Positions 29,628-38,620 of a DNA stretch of 64,000 nt are shown piece after piece; positions within the stretch are counted from its first letter, which is position 1; each line of letters begins with the position of its first letter. The translations under genes and the position numbers were made by a program. The notes beneath the pieces were generated by a model that did no database searches, was not told the DNA's origin, and saw only the letters and a program-made list of their open reading frames with translations. Origin of the DNA: a virus. Location: the IMG/VR virus record IMGVR_UViG_3300045120_000483, positions 32,001 through 96,000 of that record. One strand, 5' to 3'.

Positions 29628-30487
29628 TTTTTACTCTTGTTCACTTCTTCGGGATCAGCAGTGGGATTCGCTCCCGCCGCCGCTAGATCAGCCAAAGACC
29701 CACTGAAAATATAGGTCCCGGTGTGTTGAAGCTTCATCCAGGGACAAAGCCATGTCTTCAATCCAATTTCATGGGCTTTCTGAGAAAACCAATAATCTTC
29801 ACTCAGATAACGTTCCGTAGCAGGATCAACTTCCGCCTGAAAATACTGCATAATATAACGGGAACCATCGAAAGCCGCCGTCCGAATATGATCGGGCCGA
29901 TATTTGTACCGTTCAAAATAAGCATCATGAAACTTATCCATGGTACGGCGGGGCACCATCATAAATCCCGTACCAATCTCCCGAACCTCCGCAGGCTCAT
30001 TAATATTGATCGTCTGTTGTCCCGCCGCTGGATTGAATACAAAGTCTCCCACATACTTCTCTAGGTCATTGGGAGTACCTTTGGGAGGTTCCGCCAACCC
30101 CTTATTGACCGCTTGGACGACCTTCTCCCAGGCAATACATTTTTTGGGATAGGCCGCTCCAATAATATCGTAGTTGGGATTACGATCAGTCAGGACCATC
30201 AAGGCCAAAATATCTCTGGGATTGAAGGTAATGTCCGCATCAATCCACATCAGATGTGTGGCGTCTGACCTCATAAACTCATCGGCAATATAATTGCGGG
30301 CCCGGGTGATCAACGATTCATTGAACAAAAAATACAATGAAAGGGGGATGCTATATGCCGTACAAATCGCTGTTAGGTCAGCGGTTGACTTAGTAAATGT
30401 CCCGGTACACATACCCCCGAACATCGGGGTTCCAACAAATAACTTGAATTTCTTCAGTTCATCTGCATCAATCTGAATTTGCGCCAT
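29624..30487 (-). CDS. GT-A-fold glycosyltransferase-like protein
   Basis: TPM.GG, ESLITRARN, IDADI (DxD), GTGFM, YLSEDY.F, H.G. Confidence 0.8.
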   Translation of the reverse strand: MAQIQIDADELKKFKLFVGTPMFGGMCTGTFTKSTADLTAICTAYSIPLSLYFLFNESLITRARNYIADEFMRSDATHLMWIDADITFNPRDILALMVLTDRNPNYDIIGAAYPKKCIAWEKVVQAVNKGLAEPPKGTPNDLEKYVGDFVFNPAAGQQTININEPAEVREIGTGFMMVPRRTMDKFHDAYFERYKYRPDHIRTAAFDGSRYIMQYFQAEVDPATERYLSEDYWFSQKAHEIGLKTWLCPWMKLQHTGTYIFSGSLADLAAAGANPTADPEEVNKSKK

Positions 30488-30519
30488 TTGTCTCCATTAA
30501 AAGGTAAAGAATATCAGAA

Positions 30520-30840
30520 TTAGTTCTTATTGTCAAGCTCAATTTGTTGTTTTTCGTTAATTTCTTTTTTGTAAAGATAGAGCAGAAGAAGACCATAATG
30601 GAGAACCTTCATGATGTCCCCATACTCTTCGCCCTTTTTCTGCTTCCACCGGGAAGCATATTTCAACATGTTTCCAATTGTGAAACCTTCCCCATGGCCG
30701 GTAGCAAAAATCAGGTCAAGAGTCTGAATATTGTCCTTTCCAACATAATGCTTGCCATAGGTTCCGGCAATGTAATTATGTAATTCCTTGATGAGGTTTG
30801 GCTCATCGTACTTGGCAGGAAAATCCTTGAATTCTGTCAT
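30520..30840 (-). CDS. DUF3310-like protein (putative nucleotide kinase)
   Basis: TY..HY, F..GN..KY..R..K..D..K..HY. Confidence 0.7.
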   Translation of the reverse strand: MTEFKDFPAKYDEPNLIKELHNYIAGTYGKHYVGKDNIQTLDLIFATGHGEGFTIGNMLKYASRWKQKKGEEYGDIMKVLHYGLLLLYLYKKEINEKQQIELDNKN

Positions 30841-30841
30841 T

Positions 30842-31183
30842 TTATCCACCCGCTCCATTGTTGTCGCCATAAGTAATAACCACCGGGACTTCTTGTCCAA
30901 AAGGTCCGGGATTAGTAATGGTAATGCTAGTAATCCGATTATTCAGAAGTCCAATATAATCGGCCTTATTGGGCTCACAGGGACACCCAATCTTATCTTC
31001 CATTTCCTTGATCTCTTTCAGAAGATCACGATACTCCTTCAACTGTTCCAGGGTCCATTTAGGATGAGGGCCGGGTGTAACTGGTTGGGGAATAGTGGGA
31101 TAAACCGTTGGGTCTACATAAAAGGGGGGATTATGACGGAACGCCCAATCTCCCATACTACAATATGCACAAATAATTTTCAC
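30842..31183 (-). CDS. hypothetical protein
   Basis: C..SM, Pro-rich segment, PC..P.K. Confidence 0.55.
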   Translation of the reverse strand: MKIICAYCSMGDWAFRHNPPFYVDPTVYPTIPQPVTPGPHPKWTLEQLKEYRDLLKEIKEMEDKIGCPCEPNKADYIGLLNNRITSITITNPGPFGQEVPVVITYGDNNGAGG

Positions 31184-31722
31184 TCCCTATATAAATCAGT
31201 TATAGCTTGAATTGCCTCTGGGGATAAATTCTTGGGACGACTGCCAATTCCGGTGTACTTCCCCTGAGGCCTTGTTGGTTTATTTATCTCCCAAATCAGC
31301 CGATTCTTATCCAAATGAGAAAATTTCTTCCAAACCGTATCGAAGACGTATATTTCGGGCACAGATAGCTGTATAGCCATTACAACGGCCCAGGCCGTGC
31401 CTCCCTTGGGTCTCCCCTTCTCATCCAACTCAGTGGCGGCATAAACCCGTTCTGTGTCATAGACCTGATAATAATTCCGACGAAGTAGGTTATTCACATC
31501 AGAGGTCTTGGTCGGAAACGTTCGCTGTAGGAGCTTATTAGCATCCTGAAGGTAGGTATCTGCCACCAACAGGTTTCGAATGCTGAGAGGAAAACGATTT
31601 TCTATACCTTCATGATGTCCTTCAAAGGAAAAATGAACAACCTTATGACCGGCAGCTTTAGCTAGTTTTCCAAAAAGCTGATCGGCCCCCGGGGCTCCTC
31701 CTGAAAATAGAATATCAGTCAT
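31180..31722 (-). CDS. SLOG-superfamily nucleotide-binding protein
   Basis: SGGAPGAD, RN, GGTAWAV, GIGSR motifs. Confidence 0.7.
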   Translation of the reverse strand: MTDILFSGGAPGADQLFGKLAKAAGHKVVHFSFEGHHEGIENRFPLSIRNLLVADTYLQDANKLLQRTFPTKTSDVNNLLRRNYYQVYDTERVYAATELDEKGRPKGGTAWAVVMAIQLSVPEIYVFDTVWKKFSHLDKNRLIWEINKPTRPQGKYTGIGSRPKNLSPEAIQAITDLYRE

Positions 31723-31846
31723 CCCAATCATCCTTTTTCCTAAAAACATTCATAATAATAGCCCCCGTAGCTACCAAAATTGGAAACACCACAAAAATCA
31801 CCAATATTAGTGCCCCTAAATTAAGCCAGCCCATAATAATCCTCTC

Positions 31847-32254
31847 CTACTGAATAAGATGGGAACCCGAAGACGTGGGTTCCGGGAGCCTTTCTTCCTC
31901 TTCGGGTTTGAAAGGAATTGAAAGATCAAACCCCCCAATAATCTGCTTATCCGCCGCCTGAACAGTCACCATGTTACTCACATTATGAAACAACTTACCA
32001 TGCAACTGAAGAAAATGAAACGCAATGGCTGGTTTGGCAAACACAGAGCCAAAATCCAGGGGAATGATAATGGCCCTGGGAGGTTCCTGACTAACAAACA
32101 GAACAACCTCTACAATCCAAAACGATACCTTCTTCTCTTCGTCTATAAGTTCCGAAATGTTGTAAACGGCGGACTCATAGAGAAGCAAATGAAAATTGGG
32201 AAGAACAATTTCATTCTTCGGAAGATCATCAATAAGGGGGCTGTGCCATGTCAT
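31847..32254 (-). CDS. hypothetical protein
   Basis: ORF in operon. Confidence 0.55.
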   Translation of the reverse strand: MTWHSPLIDDLPKNEIVLPNFHLLLYESAVYNISELIDEEKKVSFWIVEVVLFVSQEPPRAIIIPLDFGSVFAKPAIAFHFLQLHGKLFHNVSNMVTVQAADKQIIGGFDLSIPFKPEEEERLPEPTSSGSHLIQ

Positions 32255-32789
32255 ATTTTGCTAACACAAGCTCCTTGGAGAAATAATCAAAGTTAAAGGG
32301 GTAAAAACTCTCTCCCCCTTTCAGTCTAGAGTTTTGTTGGGGCTTTATTCGTCTATCAGAAATCACCTTCTCAGCTTCCTTCCGAAAAACATTAAGATCA
32401 AGCAAATGCCATAAAACTAGATGGCCCCCCGCCGCCTTATCTCTCCAATAATACAAAAACTGATCACCATTTCCCTCCATTATTTTAGCATACTCCGTAA
32501 CAATATAAGCATTGGGATAACCCAATCGAATGGTAAATTGACCCAGATAATTCCGATAGGCTTCTTTATAATCCCTACCCCGGGATGCAATGTTGATTAT
32601 ACATGAAAGATTATCAGCTTCTACGACCCAATCAGTAGCCAATTTCCGGTCTTCATGGCTAGAAGCTTCTCTAATCAACCGCCCCGGATTTAGCTCCTGT
32701 AAAAGTTTTCTAACCCGTAACTTGTAATCTTTTTCAAATGCTTGACGCTGAGTAAACGTATCTTTTTCATAAAGTTTTGTTGTTATCAT
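32229..32789 (-). CDS. hypothetical protein (possible PD-(D/E)XK fold)
   Basis: ED..ATD, R.R, FTIR, TEYAKI..G.GD..LY. Confidence 0.55.
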   Translation of the reverse strand: MITTKLYEKDTFTQRQAFEKDYKLRVRKLLQELNPGRLIREASSHEDRKLATDWVVEADNLSCIINIASRGRDYKEAYRNYLGQFTIRLGYPNAYIVTEYAKIMEGNGDQFLYYWRDKAAGGHLVLWHLLDLNVFRKEAEKVISDRRIKPQQNSRLKGGESFYPFNFDYFSKELVLAKYDMAQPPY

Positions 32790-33313
32790 TTGGCGTATTT
32801 CATCATCCCTCTGTTGGAGTAATCATACTTACGCTTCTTCGCATCTTTGATAGAGCGGCTAAGTCTCAGCTTAGTAATACCTTCAAAAAACATCTTACCA
32901 TCCAAATGACAAAGCTCATGTTGAGCAACCCGGGCGGACATACCCGTTAAGGTCCGGGAAAATGTCTCTCCATTTGGTCCCTGGAATCGAATACGAACTG
33001 AGGTTGAGCGGGGGACCTTGATAATCAGTCCCGGAAAGGATAAACACCCTTCCTCCAGGTTGTCTTTTTCTGGAGCAAAATAAACAATCCGGGGGTTGAA
33101 GAAAACAAAGTCTTCCTGCGGACCTATCATCGCAAAGCAACGATAGGGAAGACCACACTGATTGGCGGCCAGACCATACCCATTTCGGGAGTACATCGTC
33201 GCTACTAGATTAGTAGCTAATTCGGCTGGATCAATCGGGGGTTCATTAAAATCAAAATCCGGAACGGGCGTCGTCAGGAACTCATCGTTATTCAGAGGGA
33301 TGTCATATATCAC
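32786..33313 (-). CDS. def: peptide deformylase
   Basis: GYGLAANQ, EGCLS, QHELCH motifs. Confidence 0.93.
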   Translation of the reverse strand: MIYDIPLNNDEFLTTPVPDFDFNEPPIDPAELATNLVATMYSRNGYGLAANQCGLPYRCFAMIGPQEDFVFFNPRIVYFAPEKDNLEEGCLSFPGLIIKVPRSTSVRIRFQGPNGETFSRTLTGMSARVAQHELCHLDGKMFFEGITKLRLSRSIKDAKKRKYDYSNRGMMKYAK

Positions 33314-33570
33314 TTCATCTTCACTTTCGTTGATGGTAGTTTCTTATAATCTTGAGATCGTTCCCTTACGTAATTATACTCCAAAGGAAACCGGTAAACA
33401 TCCACAACAGTCCAATTTTCCCAAATCCCCTTCGCATTTCTCATCTCAAGAGGTCTACCAACTTCAGCAAAAACTGCGGGAATCCATGAAGTAGTATATA
33501 TTTGAGGATAAGGACCATCCTTCTCCAAATAACACTGCTTCATCTCATAATTATCCGACAAGGCTACCAA
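33310..33570 (-). CDS. hypothetical protein
   Basis: QC.L..TSWIP..FA.VG. Confidence 0.55.
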   Translation of the reverse strand: MVALSDNYEMKQCYLEKDGPYPQIYTTSWIPAVFAEVGRPLEMRNAKGIWENWTVVDVYRFPLEYNYVRERSQDYKKLPSTKVKMK

Positions 33571-33573
33571 AAT

Positions 33574-33948
33574 TCAATTCCTTCTCTTGATGCTCAAAAT
33601 ACAATATTTGGGGTGAAGAACCGCGGGAGAAAAAGCACAGGGAGCATGTTCAGCAGACGTTATATAAGTAATATTAAATGTTGCTGTACGTCCCGTGTAG
33701 ACCTTTTCTCCCCAGTTGTATTCTTGGAGAACCAAGAAATCCCCAATCTTGTAGTCTCTATCCATGACACGAACATCATGGGTTTTATGACCTGCAAGAG
33801 CATCCGGAAACAAGGTTGTCCAAGATTTTACGTAATGAGTATCAGGAGGATACACCTTTTCAAGGTGCTTTTTTCCCCGACAACAAGTCCCGGCTATGTT
33901 CATTGTATGGGCAAAGACACACCCCGGATCACAACTCAAAATTATCAA
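33574..33948 (-). CDS. ASCH/DUF3850 domain protein
   Basis: H..K..F..G.KT...R..DRDY..GD.L.L.E...YTGR. Confidence 0.8.
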   Translation of the reverse strand: MIILSCDPGCVFAHTMNIAGTCCRGKKHLEKVYPPDTHYVKSWTTLFPDALAGHKTHDVRVMDRDYKIGDFLVLQEYNWGEKVYTGRTATFNITYITSAEHAPCAFSPAVLHPKYCILSIKRRN

Positions 33949-35654
33949 CCTCTAATTTGTGAGAAATTTTTGGTTTTTTCGACATGAAGAACTCTGGAAA
34001 ATTTGTCTTCATATGAAGTAACCTTGTGAGAGATCATAACGATATTTTCGCCCATTGTCAAGCTCTGAATCAACTTTAAAAAGGCTTCCGAACCATCAAT
34101 GTCCAAACTACCATCAAAAATCTCATCAAAAACTATGAGGTTTACATCTATAGACCCCCGGAGCTTTGCCAGGGCTCTCCAGGTAAAGAGAATTGCCAAA
34201 TTCAATCGGGCTTTCTCTCCCTCCGAAAAACTAGCATAAGTGAAGTTATCCCTGAAACGGGATTTGATGGTCTCCTTAAAGTTCTCATCTAACTGAAACT
34301 CCACAAAGAAGTCCAGACAGGCCAGATACTTTTGAATTAGTTGATTGATGATCGGGACATAGGTCTTGATAATCTGAGCCTTGATGCCGGTATCTTTTAG
34401 CATTTGTGAGGCAAACGACATCACATGTTCTTCATCCCTCTTCGCCAAGATGTCCGCCTGAAGCCTGTCCTTCTCAATCAACCAATCTACCAATCCGGAC
34501 GCATCAATCACCTTCTTTTGAGACAGAGTTTCAATTTCCTTTTTGGTATTATCTACCGCCGTCTGATAATACCGAAGACCCTGTTGTAGCTCAATGATCT
34601 TGTTGGATCGAACATTAATCTCATTTTGAATATGAGAAATAGCATTCAGACGTAGTTGAACTTCCTCAAGCAGACCCCGAAGCTTCTTTAACCCCCCATC
34701 GATATCCCCCAGGACCTTACTCTTTTCAAAGGTAGTCTTTTGTTTAAAATCCTCTTCAATTTCTTGATGACAGGTCGGGCAAGAATCGTTGTTAGTCAAA
34801 AATGATACTTCCCTCTTTAGGCTTCCACTCTTTTGCTGCAACTGAGTTTGAATTTTTGTCAATTCGGCTAGCCGGGAATTAACCTGTTTCAGGTCCGCCG
34901 TATCTTTCGCATATTCCTGAATTTCGTTCTGAAGGGTAGTAATCTGATTTTCCGTCTCCCGAAACTTTATAAAAGTTTCTTCAATGAACTTCTTCTTGAC
35001 CTTAATCTGATCCTCATTGTCGATTTTCATTTGTTCGACATGTCGGGTCGTCAGGGTGATTTTCTCTTCCAAAAGCTTCTTTTCTGCTTCCCATCCCTCA
35101 ATTAGCTTCTCCGTTTCAGAAACCTGATCCTTAAGGAGGGTATTCATCCGACTGAACACCTTCAGGTCCAAAAGGTCTTCAATGATAGCCCGACGCTCCG
35201 GGGCCTTTAGAGCCATAAATGGGCTGAAAGTAGCGGACCCCAACATCACAATCTGAGAGAAGGTCTTGTGGTTGACCCGCAAAATATGCTTCTCAAAGGC
35301 ATCCTGATAATCCCTAGTATCGGCCGCCTCTGTGATCAGTTCCCCGTCCTTATAGATTTCAAAAAGGGTCGGGCGGATACCCCTCCGAACCTGAAAATCA
35401 TGACCATTGATTGAGAAAGCCAACTCCACTAGACACTGATGCTTGTTTAATGATGAAGCAAGTTGGGGCTTGTTGATATCCCGAAACGGCTTATTGAACA
35501 GGGCGAAGGAAATAGCATCAATCAGAGTGCTCTTACCGGCCCCGTTCTTTCCAACTATCAATGTCGTGGCATGTTTATCTAACTCTACCTCCGTCCACTG
35601 GTTACCAAAGGATAGGAAATTTTGCCACCGGACACTCTTAAGATGTAGTCTCAT
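33945..35654 (-). CDS. gp46: Rad50/SbcC-like recombination ATPase
   Basis: GKNGAGKST, CPTC zinc hook, FSEGE, DEIFD, ISH. Confidence 0.95.
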   Translation of the reverse strand: MRLHLKSVRWQNFLSFGNQWTEVELDKHATTLIVGKNGAGKSTLIDAISFALFNKPFRDINKPQLASSLNKHQCLVELAFSINGHDFQVRRGIRPTLFEIYKDGELITEAADTRDYQDAFEKHILRVNHKTFSQIVMLGSATFSPFMALKAPERRAIIEDLLDLKVFSRMNTLLKDQVSETEKLIEGWEAEKKLLEEKITLTTRHVEQMKIDNEDQIKVKKKFIEETFIKFRETENQITTLQNEIQEYAKDTADLKQVNSRLAELTKIQTQLQQKSGSLKREVSFLTNNDSCPTCHQEIEEDFKQKTTFEKSKVLGDIDGGLKKLRGLLEEVQLRLNAISHIQNEINVRSNKIIELQQGLRYYQTAVDNTKKEIETLSQKKVIDASGLVDWLIEKDRLQADILAKRDEEHVMSFASQMLKDTGIKAQIIKTYVPIINQLIQKYLACLDFFVEFQLDENFKETIKSRFRDNFTYASFSEGEKARLNLAILFTWRALAKLRGSIDVNLIVFDEIFDGSLDIDGSEAFLKLIQSLTMGENIVMISHKVTSYEDKFSRVLHVEKTKNFSQIRG

Positions 35655-35871
35655 TCACCCCGCCATATCTAGTTCCAAATGATAATGGTGGTACAAAAGA
35701 TTCCGGTAAATTCTTAAAATGAAGAGGGATGTAAGGACAATAGACAACGACCGCATCAATAATCTGTTTGCCCTTATAATGCATAATCAGGGGTTGTGCT
35801 ATACTCTTAAGAGGAGAAGCAACAACCGCTACGGCGGCAAACAGACCCGATAAGAACCCCCGTCTATTCAT
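35638..35871 (-). CDS. Tat-signal small protein carrying a gp23 major-capsid C-terminal fragment
   Basis: MNRRGFL..A signal, then YKG....DA...YCPYIPL...F.P...F.TRYG. Confidence 0.65.
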   Translation of the reverse strand: MNRRGFLSGLFAAVAVVASPLKSIAQPLIMHYKGKQIIDAVVVYCPYIPLHFKNLPESFVPPLSFGTRYGGVNETTS

Positions 35872-36253
35872 ATCCCATTCCTCTCAACACAAACAAATAC
35901 AACGTCAGTATCAAGGTAGTTTGATGAATTAACTGATCCAATCCAATCACCACAAAAAAGGAATGGATATCTCCCTTACTATAAAAATAAGCTGTTATCC
36001 GGCTGGTGATTGCATCTGTTATAAAATGAGCGAACCCATTGAAAAATACAAAACCCAACCACACAAAAGGAAATCCTATAAAAGCTAGTTCCATGGTCCC
36101 TACACCCAGAAGGGCTGTATAGAAAGTCACATGCTCTAATAAAGCATCCCAATTTTTACTCTTATTTTCGGCCTGCCATCGGGTCTGACAAACAAAATCA
36201 GCAAACCAGTGTATGCCTAAAAGACATACAACAATCAATATCACATTTTCCAT
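35864..36253 (-). CDS. DUF3307 membrane protein
   Basis: HW.ADF..Q..K..L..H, H...D, DQ..H. Confidence 0.8.
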   Translation of the reverse strand: MENVILIVVCLLGIHWFADFVCQTRWQAENKSKNWDALLEHVTFYTALLGVGTMELAFIGFPFVWLGFVFFNGFAHFITDAITSRITAYFYSKGDIHSFFVVIGLDQLIHQTTLILTLYLFVLRGMGYE

Positions 36254-36257
36254 GATC

Positions 36258-37298
36258 TCACTCCATAGCCAAAGCTTGATTATACAAATCAACAAACAAG
36301 GTGTCAAGCTTGGAATGATCGACTGTGGCGTTTACCGCTTTGGCATAATCCCGCATGATCGTCAGGGTATCTTTAGTATCGGAAATGATCAGGTCATCAG
36401 AGACCTTATCCAGGTTAAGATGATCCTCAACTATCTGAAACTCAATGGGCTTGGCGGCCTCTACTCTAGAAAGGAAATGATCATATTTGATTTGATTGTT
36501 ACGTTCCCTGACAATGACCTTGACGTATTTTCCGGTTATAGCGGCAGGATCGAATTGTCCTCCATCGGCATCGTCATAATGGACTTTGGCGAAAAGATCA
36601 TACGGATTACAGATAAACTCAAGTTCTCTAGTGTCAGTATCAAAAATGTGAAAGCCCCTAGCATCACCAAAATCAGTCCAAGTAAACTGAGAATGACTCC
36701 CAAGATAATGGATATTGGCGCGTGAAGACCGGTGATGGAAATGTCCCGTACAGACCATTTCAAATTTTTGATAGATTGCCGGATCGTCGCCATCATGATT
36801 GAACACCCCTCTGAACATCGGAAATCCCGCTAACTCCAAATGACCAAAGACGATTTTGGCGTCTGTGCTATTTAGCAAATCGACCGTTTTGTCTCTGTTG
36901 CCGTCACATATCCAGGGAACGAAAAGAATTTTGGTACCGTTAAAAACAACTTCGGCGGGGTCCTCATAATAGGTCAGATCATACTTATCCAGAATTTCAG
37001 TAGCAATAGAGATACACATATCTTCTCTGTTGAAGATATCATGGTTCCCCAAGATCAGATGAAAATCATAATCCCGACAAAGAGGTTCCACAAAATCCTT
37101 TCGTAAGCAGGAAAGACTTTTGAAGTTGATGTACTTACGTCGGTCAACGATATCACCCAAATGAACAACGGTCGTTATTCCCCGCTGTTTCAGGGTCGGA
37201 AAGAACACCATATCAAAGAAACGTTTATCGTTCTCTATGAAGACCGGAGCGTCATTCCGGACGCCTGCATGGGTATCAGTTATCAAAGCAAGCTTCAT
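36258..37298 (-). CDS. gp47: Mre11/SbcD-like nuclease
   Basis: DTH.G, GD..D.R, GNHD, GH.E, GHFH. Confidence 0.95.
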   Translation of the reverse strand: MKLALITDTHAGVRNDAPVFIENDKRFFDMVFFPTLKQRGITTVVHLGDIVDRRKYINFKSLSCLRKDFVEPLCRDYDFHLILGNHDIFNREDMCISIATEILDKYDLTYYEDPAEVVFNGTKILFVPWICDGNRDKTVDLLNSTDAKIVFGHLELAGFPMFRGVFNHDGDDPAIYQKFEMVCTGHFHHRSSRANIHYLGSHSQFTWTDFGDARGFHIFDTDTRELEFICNPYDLFAKVHYDDADGGQFDPAAITGKYVKVIVRERNNQIKYDHFLSRVEAAKPIEFQIVEDHLNLDKVSDDLIISDTKDTLTIMRDYAKAVNATVDHSKLDTLFVDLYNQALAME

Positions 37299-37921
37299 GT
37301 AAAGGCCGTAGCAAGGCTTGATTTAGGAATAGGCTTATCATCCGGACTGAAATGCGTATAGGTTGGTTCCAATTTAGGATCAAGAGGTAACATGGGTATG
37401 TTTCCATTATTTTCTAAATAATCAGCCATTCTTCGATGTAATTCTGCTTCTTCTCCCAACCTTGTATTACAGCTATGACACAACAGACCCCGAATATCTC
37501 CTGTATAATGGTCATGATCAGACGCTAATCTTATAATCTTTCCCGATTTTGATCTCATAGACTCAGGCTTATTACAACATTTACAACGGCCCTCTTGTTC
37601 GGCAAATCGCCAAGGATATTCCGCTCTTGCTCTTTTTCGATTTTCAGATGCACACGTCTTGCAAATATTATCCTTCTGATGATTGTTGTATCTTATAACT
37701 GCGAAACACGCTAATGGTTTGATTTCCTTACATTGTCTACAGGTCAGAGACGCCTTTCCGCCCCTGAATTGTTCATTGTTAATCTTGTAAAACCCCTTCC
37801 TGATCATTTTATCACAATTCCCATCATTTTGCTGATTTAATTCAAAATTATCATATTGTAACATCATTTCAATGTTAGCTTCTATCACCTTTTTTACGTC
37901 AACTATATTAACATTACTCAC
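37295..37921 (-). CDS. Endonuclease VII-type HNH nuclease (probable homing endonuclease)
   Basis: CxxC zinc fingers plus Q...C..C..DHDH.TG..RGLLC..CN..LG. Confidence 0.8.
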   Translation of the reverse strand: MSNVNIVDVKKVIEANIEMMLQYDNFELNQQNDGNCDKMIRKGFYKINNEQFRGGKASLTCRQCKEIKPLACFAVIRYNNHQKDNICKTCASENRKRARAEYPWRFAEQEGRCKCCNKPESMRSKSGKIIRLASDHDHYTGDIRGLLCHSCNTRLGEEAELHRRMADYLENNGNIPMLPLDPKLEPTYTHFSPDDKPIPKSSLATAFT

Positions 37922-38097
37922 TTTCTCCTTGCCTTCTTGGCATACTGTTCCAGGGATGCAATACAGTAATCCCGAATAACCTCAATCTGTTGAGCATAGG
38001 TGTCCCGAACCTCCGGGCGATTGGCCTCAGTAAGTAGCTGAGCTACTCTATCCTGAACAGCGGGGGGAACTAGATGTAAATTCTTGATATTCCACAT
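37918..38097 (-). CDS. small hypothetical protein (59 aa, MWNIKNLH...)
   Basis: Read by hand; coupled to gp55 and the nuclease gene. Confidence 0.55.
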   Translation of the reverse strand: MWNIKNLHLVPPAVQDRVAQLLTEANRPEVRDTYAQQIEVIRDYCIASLEQYAKKARRK

Positions 38098-38098
38098 A

Positions 38099-38620
38099 TT
38101 ATTTCACTTTCTCTTTTTTCTTACGTAAGTATTCTTCGAACTCCGTTATAACTTTATCGGTGTATTCGTTATCCGTCGAATCTCTTGAAAAGTTGCCAGT
38201 AACCTCATCAATGGTATGAAGCTCCCGGTAATTCTTGTGTTTTATGTAATTCTGTTTCTTCTCTATATTGATCCTATTTTGAAAGGCATGGTAGGCAATC
38301 ATTGTAAAATAATTAAAAATGTTATTGGTCTTGGTAATCTTGGCGGGATCAAACTTCGTAATAGCTCTGCAACAAACCTCAATGGCATCATCCACCATTG
38401 CCTCTTTCCAATTGTTCGTATAGCGAATGAACTTCGGGTGGTTGGAAAGACCGTTACAAAGGTCAAAAATATACATTCCAAAAACGTTGGGCTGATTGGG
38501 TATGATCTGCCCGTTCTCCCGGCAGAACCGGGCCCTCTCTTGATATTCCAGAACGACTTTTTCTAGGTCTTCTTTTTGAATGTAAAATTTGTTGGGATCA
38601 GACGGCTTCTTTTTTCTCAT
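38099..38620 (-). CDS. gp55: late transcription sigma factor
   Basis: LS..P.F..YT..W...M..DA, FDP.K..N.F.YFT.I...AF..RI..EKKQ. Confidence 0.92.
   Translation of the reverse strand: MRKKKPSDPNKFYIQKEDLEKVVLEYQERARFCRENGQIIPNQPNVFGMYIFDLCNGLSNHPKFIRYTNNWKEAMVDDAIEVCCRAITKFDPAKITKTNNIFNYFTMIAYHAFQNRINIEKKQNYIKHKNYRELHTIDEVTGNFSRDSTDNEYTDKVITEFEEYLRKKKEKVK

Noticed and set aside
37295-37921. Assignment as the true gp49 resolvase
   Set aside because: The extra N-terminal zinc finger and insertion between gp55 and gp47 fit a mobile EndoVII-type endonuclease better, so no symbol was given.
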